From Bacteroidales bacterium (GTDB lineage: Bacteria; Bacteroidota; Bacteroidia; Bacteroidales; Prolixibacteraceae), in NCBI GenBank assembly GCA_038248385.1, contig JBBRXN010000003.1, positions 34,223 to 98,222 of the forward strand: a DNA stretch of 64,000 nucleotides, given 5' to 3'. The notes beneath the pieces were generated by a model. The model made no database searches, was not told the DNA's origin, and saw nothing but the letters and a program-made list of their open reading frames with translations. Both the position numbers and the translations under genes were made by a program. Of the stretch, positions 58,765-64,000 are shown one piece after another (the first letter of the stretch is position 1; every line of letters starts with the position of its first letter).

Positions 58765-59592
58765 TTACTCTTCCAATAGCCCCATCGATTTGAAAACCTT
58801 TTCAGTAATTCCGCGGCGGCTTTCCTTGAATTTTTCGGTATTGTCCTGCGCTGATTCCATATTGCACACATACAACCATACATTGCCGTTTTCTTCGAGG
58901 TAACCGATCAGCCAACCAATATTTTTCCCATCCTGAACAGTCATTCCGGTTTTTCCCCTGAAAATCCATTTATCCGACTGTTTCAGTATAATCAGTTTCT
59001 TAACCAGTTCAATATTTTCATTAGAAAATGGTAATTTGTTGGTATAAAAGTGAAGTATAAAGTTCATTTGTTCCCATGGAGTAATCCGTGAATTTCCCCA
59101 TAGCCAGAAACGGTCAATGGTTGCTTTGGTGATTTCCATTCGTCCGTAGTCTGAATCCTCAACCATTTGTTTCATTCTTTCCGGACCAATTCGCCGTGCT
59201 ACTTCCTGAAAATAAGGAACTGCCGAATATTGAATGGCTGAGGCCAATGTATGATCCCGATTCCAGGCCTCTTCCGTACTGACAACACTGTCCCACGGAA
59301 TTACCATATTTTCATCGGTAACGACTCCGGTTTCAAGGCCTATCAGCGAGTTCAGGATTTTAAATGTCGATGCGGGAAGAAATCCTTCCTCACAGCGCCT
59401 GGAGTTATAAATCTGATATACATCGTTTTTCATGTCGTATAACAAGAAACAACCCTGAACACCGTATTCCTCAAAAAAGGGCTGGAAGTTGGGCGGAACA
59501 TCTTTAGTAGTCTGAATGGTGCACGAACCAAGCGCAACAAAAACAATCAGAACAATCCATATTTTCAGGAGTTTGGTATTCATAAACGTCAT
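58765..59592 (-). CDS. Class D (OXA-like) beta-lactamase / transpeptidase-fold lipoprotein
   Basis: PASTFK, SAV, FWL, KTG motifs; lipobox ALGSC; start may be ATG 59583. Confidence 0.9.
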   Translation of the reverse strand: MTFMNTKLLKIWIVLIVFVALGSCTIQTTKDVPPNFQPFFEEYGVQGCFLLYDMKNDVYQIYNSRRCEEGFLPASTFKILNSLIGLETGVVTDENMVIPWDSVVSTEEAWNRDHTLASAIQYSAVPYFQEVARRIGPERMKQMVEDSDYGRMEITKATIDRFWLWGNSRITPWEQMNFILHFYTNKLPFSNENIELVKKLIILKQSDKWIFRGKTGMTVQDGKNIGWLIGYLEENGNVWLYVCNMESAQDNTEKFKESRRGITEKVFKSMGLLEE

Positions 59593-59617
59593 TTCTCAAA
59601 TTGATGAACCTAAAAAT

Positions 59618-59657
59618 GGAGCAGGAATTGCAACTCCTTCAAAAGTATATTTTTTAT
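59618..59657. repeat. 40-bp direct repeat, copy 1 (terminator-like hairpin)
   Basis: GGAGCAGGAATTGCAACTCCTTCAAAAGTATATTTTTTAT; 36/40 identical to 61051-61090. Confidence 0.85.
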
Positions 59658-59677
59658 GGGTTTGTTGTTCACACTTT

Positions 59678-60871
59678 TTAATACAAGAATCCGAAGAGCC
59701 AGAGAGGGATGACGTTATCATTCCCAACTTCAATATTATCCTTCACAATGAAAGCATTTTCGACACCTGAAATCTGATGTTGTGTTTTACTTTTACCACC
59801 TATTTCAACTGTATATTTGTTTTCAAGCAAAAAATCGGCTTTAAATGCAGCATTTACTTTAGATGTTACTGACACTTGCGATAGAAAAAAGGTTTCCCGT
59901 ATATGGCCGGTTTCAATATTATCAGGCGCCAGCGAGTGCATCAGATTGGTATTTTGCAGATAAACTTTCTCGGGTTTATTCAAACTGTTGATTCCTTTTT
60001 CTTCAAAATACAATAGCGAAATCAGATTAGCATCAGCAAGGTACTTCAGGTATTGCTTCATAGTATTTAAACTGATTCCGGTTCGTTGGCTAATCGTGTT
60101 CATATTCGGTTTGAACGGCACCGAAGCCGAGATAATCTGAAGTAATTTCCGTAAGTAAATGATATTAGAAGTTTGAATTGATTCAAATTGTGGAATGTCG
60201 ATTTCCAGCGTAACCTGAATCGCTTCAAACAATTTCTGATGAAACGATTTCGTGTTTTCAAGATAAAAAGGATAGTAACCATATTTAAGGTAATTGGAGA
60301 AGTGGGCCAAAGGTTTTATCTTGCTGATGATGTCAATTGCCAGTTGCGTATGGTTCTCGAAGATATCTTGAATAGTGAGTGATGGCAAATTGATCACATT
60401 TTCAAATATCAGGAATTCCCTGAATGACAAGCCCGGCATTTCGTACATCACTGCTCTCCGGCTTAAATCAGCATTGGCTTTGCTTATTTGCAAGAGCGAT
60501 GATCCGGTGAAAATGACTTTCAGGTTTGGAAAATCATCGTAAATATTTTTCAACTCAACCGACCAATTAGGATACCGGTGAACTTCATCCAAAACCAACA
60601 ATTCTCCGCCTTTCTTATAGAATGCTTCTGCCAAATCGAACAAATGGTTTTCAGTAAAATATAAGCTGTCCAAGCTGGTGTATAAAACCTTGTTGTCAGG
60701 TTTATAATTCAATTTGATATACTGAAGCAACAAGGTAGTTTTACCTACGCCCCTGCTGCCTTTGATGCCTATAAACCGATTGTTCCAATCGACTCTTTTG
60801 ATAAAATCCCGAACCAGTCTCGTATTAGTCTGGGCATACTTTTCGTAAAACCGCTGAATCAGATTTTCCAT
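59678..60871 (-). CDS. AAA_14 ATPase with DUF4143 domain
   Basis: Walker A GSRGVGKT, Walker B LVLDEVH, FTGSS, YLKYGYYP, KPEKVYL, RETFF, C-terminal VEIGGK. Confidence 0.93.
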   Translation of the reverse strand: MENLIQRFYEKYAQTNTRLVRDFIKRVDWNNRFIGIKGSRGVGKTTLLLQYIKLNYKPDNKVLYTSLDSLYFTENHLFDLAEAFYKKGGELLVLDEVHRYPNWSVELKNIYDDFPNLKVIFTGSSLLQISKANADLSRRAVMYEMPGLSFREFLIFENVINLPSLTIQDIFENHTQLAIDIISKIKPLAHFSNYLKYGYYPFYLENTKSFHQKLFEAIQVTLEIDIPQFESIQTSNIIYLRKLLQIISASVPFKPNMNTISQRTGISLNTMKQYLKYLADANLISLLYFEEKGINSLNKPEKVYLQNTNLMHSLAPDNIETGHIRETFFLSQVSVTSKVNAAFKADFLLENKYTVEIGGKSKTQHQISGVENAFIVKDNIEVGNDNVIPLWLFGFLY

Positions 60872-60883
60872 TTTTCATTATTA

Positions 60884-60968
60884 TTTATATCAATGCAATG
60901 ACGCAAATATATACTTTTTATATCAATGCATTGACACTTATTAACGTATTTTATATCAACGAACTGAC
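60884..60968. promoter_or_regulatory. Three 19-bp repeats at 33-bp period overlapping the ATPase promoter
   Basis: TTTATATCAATGCAATGAC 60884, TTTATATCAATGCATTGAC 60917, TTTATATCAACGAACTGAC 60950; TATATTTG (- strand) at 60911-60904. Confidence 0.7.
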
Positions 60969-61050
60969 ATATATTTCAATAAACATTTCAATCTCATTAA
61001 CCATTTTCACACTCAATACACTCATAAAGAATGACATATAAAAAAATAAA

Positions 61051-61090
61051 GGAGCAGCATTCGCCACTCCTTCAAAAGTATATTTTTTAT
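61051..61090. repeat. 40-bp direct repeat, copy 2 (probable terminator of the POT transporter)
   Basis: GGAGCAGCATTCGCCACTCCTTCAAAAGTATATTTTTTAT. Confidence 0.85.
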
Positions 61091-61143
61091 TGATGGATAG
61101 AAAACATCAAAATCTTTTTATGCACTAAATGATGAGGTTTTAT

Positions 61144-62811
61144 TTATGCATTGTTTGTTGCGGTTTCCAGTCGTTTCAAAATACTGAAAATAAAAATTGC
61201 AGATAAAAGGCACATCACAGTCAATATAGTAAAGAACTGCCAGAGTTCAATTTTATCCCAAAGAATGCCAATCAGTCCAGCTGCCAGGTTTCCGAATGCA
61301 GTTGCTCCAAGCCATCCACCCTGGGCCAAACCTTTATATTTTGGTGGTGCAACTTTCGATACAAATGAAATTCCTATTGGGCTCAGAAATAACTCAGCAA
61401 CAGTAAGAACAAGATAACAGTTTATCAGCCAAAACGGTGAAACCAGATTCTCTGATCCGCCACCATGCAAATTTCCTGGAGAAGTAAGTCCCATTGAAGC
61501 AGTAATCAAAAGGCCAAATCCAATTGCAGTAATAAGCATTCCAAAACCAATCTTTTTTGGTGCTGAAGGTTCTTTACCCTTATTTCGAAGCCAGGTGAAA
61601 AATCCAATGATTACAGGAGTAAGGAAAACGATAAAGATCGGATTAAACTGTTGGAATTTTTGTGGTGTAATGGTATAATCGCCTGTATAAGAGCTAATAG
61701 TATAATAAGCTAATGCTATACTTGCCACCAAAACTCCTCCCCCTATTAATTTCAACTTTAATTCTTTGCTAATGAAAATCAGAATGGAACCGATGATTGC
61801 AAATATTATTGGTAAAAGCTGGCTTAAGTCGAACAGAACATAGGAGCTTGGGGCTACATGCCCCAATTGTGTGTAATCACGAGCAAAAATCGTCATTGTA
61901 AATCCATTTTGATGGAATGCCATCCAGAAGAAAATAACTACAAAGAAGACCAGACCCAGAGCAATCAAGCGTTCGCGAGTTTGTTGAGGTGTGAGAATAA
62001 TCATTTTACTTTTCAGGTCGGCTGACTTTGCTTTTTGTTTTTCAGTAACATCAGCAAGCTTATAATATTTCTTAAATCCGATAAAAATCAGAAAAGAAAG
62101 AATCATACTCGCTGCTGCAACCGCAAATCCGGCATTGTAAGAACCTGCCAGTGTTTCAATATAAGAATTTGAGAATGCGGTTAAATCGGTAAAATTGCTC
62201 CCCATTTGAGCATGAGCCTGTTGCGTAAGCTTGGTGACATCTTCCAGTTTGCCATTCAGAAACTGGTGAGCCAGATATGGGATCGATGAATCATAGGTAA
62301 ATCCTTTTCCTTTCAGTACCCAATTCCCAACGGCTTCAGCAGCTGATGGAGCAAAAAAAGCACCGATATTAATACCCATGTAGAAAATATTGAATGCATT
62401 ATCACGGTTGGCACTGTAACGCGGATCATCATACATATTTCCCACAAGGGCCTGTAAATTACCTTTAAAAAAACCAGTTCCAAGCGAAATAATTGCAAGA
62501 GCTGAAAAAACTACTCCAATTCCCAATCCTGGCACTGCCAATAAGGAATAGCCTAGAAACATAATTACCAATCCCAATGTTATGGTTTTACCATAACCCA
62601 ATACATTGTCGGCAAGATATCCTCCGAACAGCGGTAGAAAATAAATTCCAAAAAGGAAACTACCGTAAATGCCGCCAGCTTCGGCAGTTGAATAACCAAA
62701 TTTTGCCTGCAAATAAAGCACAAAAATTGCCAACATTGTATAATATCCAAAGCGTTCGCCCATATTGGCAAAAAATGCCACCAATAGCCCTTTGGGATGT
62801 CCTTTCAGCAT
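61144..62811 (-). CDS. POT/PTR family peptide MFS transporter
   Basis: ANMGERFGYY (ExxERFxYY variant), GTGFFKGN, FYMGINIGA, FWMAFHQ, AELFLSPIG. Confidence 0.95.
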   Translation of the reverse strand: MLKGHPKGLLVAFFANMGERFGYYTMLAIFVLYLQAKFGYSTAEAGGIYGSFLFGIYFLPLFGGYLADNVLGYGKTITLGLVIMFLGYSLLAVPGLGIGVVFSALAIISLGTGFFKGNLQALVGNMYDDPRYSANRDNAFNIFYMGINIGAFFAPSAAEAVGNWVLKGKGFTYDSSIPYLAHQFLNGKLEDVTKLTQQAHAQMGSNFTDLTAFSNSYIETLAGSYNAGFAVAAASMILSFLIFIGFKKYYKLADVTEKQKAKSADLKSKMIILTPQQTRERLIALGLVFFVVIFFWMAFHQNGFTMTIFARDYTQLGHVAPSSYVLFDLSQLLPIIFAIIGSILIFISKELKLKLIGGGVLVASIALAYYTISSYTGDYTITPQKFQQFNPIFIVFLTPVIIGFFTWLRNKGKEPSAPKKIGFGMLITAIGFGLLITASMGLTSPGNLHGGGSENLVSPFWLINCYLVLTVAELFLSPIGISFVSKVAPPKYKGLAQGGWLGATAFGNLAAGLIGILWDKIELWQFFTILTVMCLLSAIFIFSILKRLETATNNA

Positions 62812-63064
62812 ATTAATCGTTTTAAGTTAGTGAATATTAGTAGTAAAGATTTGTAATTGTGGCAAATATAAGCAACTTTTTAACCCTGACAATTGGATAT
62901 AAATCATGTATTTCCGGATAAGAAAAGTTAAGCTTCAGCCTGCAACGAAAGCAAAGATATTTCATTATCAGCGCCTTTTTTCATTTACCAAATGATTTTT
63001 GTCGGATATTTGTAATTTTAGCTCAAATCTGAAGTAAGAAAGTTCGTTGTGTCTGGAAGCCCCT

Positions 63065-63104
63065 CTTCGGTCTTCCGACTTCCGACTTCGGTCTTCGGAC
63101 TTCT
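63065..63104. repeat. Degenerate 7-bp tandem repeat
   Basis: CTTCGGT CTTCCGA CTTCCGA CTTCGGT CTTCGGA CTTCT. Confidence 0.8.
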
Positions 63105-63117
63105 AATTTTCGTTAAC

Positions 63118-64000
63118 ATGAAACTTTTCACTTGCTCTCAAATATCAGAAATTGATCGGTTGACCTCCGAACTTGAACCTATTTTATCCATCGACCTTAT
63201 GGAAAGAGCTTCGGCCAAGGCGACAGACTGGATCATCAATAACATTGGAAACGATCGGCCATTCTGGTTTTTTGCCGGTCCGGGGAACAATGGCGGCGAT
63301 GCGCTGGCTATTGCCCGGATGTTGTCCAAATGCAATTTCGATTGTACCGTTTATATTGCCAGTTTTGGCAGGGAAATGAAAGGCGATCCGGCCATTAACC
63401 TTCGACGTTTGGAAGAGCAGAACAGGGTTCTCCTGAAAATTATCAATCTGCAAGGTTCGAAAAAGCAAAATAAAGTCCTTCTGAAAAGAATTGATTCGGA
63501 AGAATCTATTCCTGAAATTCCTTCCGGAGTAATAGTTGTTGATGGTTTGTTTGGTTCAGGATTAAAAAGACCACTGGACGGATTGGCTGAAAAAATTGTG
63601 CAGAAAATAAACCAGTCAGGAGCATTGGTAATTTCCATCGATATTCCCAGCGGACTTTTCGGCGAAAATAATTCAAACAACAATCTGTCAGCAATTATCA
63701 AGGCAAACCATACCCTCACTTTTCATTTCCCGAAAATCAGCTTTTTTTTTCCTGAAAATCACCAATTCACCGGCGATTGGGAAATGCTGTCCATCGGATT
63801 ATCCACTGAAGCCATCAGTCAATCCGAAAGCGATTATTTCTATCTGACCAAAGAATTCATTTCAGCAAAAATTAAAAAACGCGACAAATTTTCGCACAAA
63901 GGAACTTTCGGGCACGCCTTACTAATTGCCGGAAGCTATGGAAAAATGGGAGCAGCAGTTTTGGCATCAAAAGCCTGTTTGAGGTCAGGGGTTGGTTTGC
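63118..64000 (+). CDS. nnr: Bifunctional NAD(P)H-hydrate epimerase/dehydratase, truncated by window edge
   Basis: Not in ORF track. ATG 63118 MKLFTCSQISEID; LMERAS, GPGNNGGD, DGLFGSG, SIDIPSG, SHKGTFGHALLIAGS. Confidence 0.95.
   Translation, partial: MKLFTCSQISEIDRLTSELEPILSIDLMERASAKATDWIINNIGNDRPFWFFAGPGNNGGDALAIARMLSKCNFDCTVYIASFGREMKGDPAINLRRLEEQNRVLLKIINLQGSKKQNKVLLKRIDSEESIPEIPSGVIVVDGLFGSGLKRPLDGLAEKIVQKINQSGALVISIDIPSGLFGENNSNNNLSAIIKANHTLTFHFPKISFFFPENHQFTGDWEMLSIGLSTEAISQSESDYFYLTKEFISAKIKKRDKFSHKGTFGHALLIAGSYGKMGAAVLASKACLRSGVGL

Noticed and set aside
60884-60968. Possible mini-CRISPR
   Set aside because: 19-bp repeats and 14-bp spacers are too short; overlap with a promoter fits operators better
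1-64000. Prophage, integrase, DGR/retron, rRNA, tRNA, riboswitch
   Set aside because: No supporting motifs found by eye; tRNAscan-SE and an Infernal/Rfam scan would be needed to exclude small RNAs

Overview
Chromosomal window of a Bacteroidota bacterium. Bacteroidales/Marinilabiliales-like affiliation is inferred from gene content, TAnnTTTG promoters and the gldJ-porU-porV-ispF synteny. Core genes: alaS, M23-MerR-Nif3-zinc ribbon operon, LemA/TPM, hutU, ispF, porV/porU, gldJ, murF, CCA enzyme, acs, nnr. Accessory content: a Tat-type Mo-hydroxylase operon interrupted by an IS200-family tnpA; a DUF3098-ECF sigma-small membrane protein unit whose upstream motif recurs before a DUF2723 gene; an apiose utilisation locus (GH140, apsD/apnL/apnO/oiaC-like); a lipoprotein class D beta-lactamase; an AAA_14/DUF4143 ATPase bracketed by 40-bp direct repeats with a 33-bp-phased repeat array over its promoter; two inactivated TA modules and one intact DUF7718-DUF5647-like pair. 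At least four families of short palindromic repeats occur, one enclosing a ~21-bp tandem array. No rRNA, tRNA, CRISPR array, integrase or prophage was seen. Family assignments come from motif recognition and recall, not from database searches.
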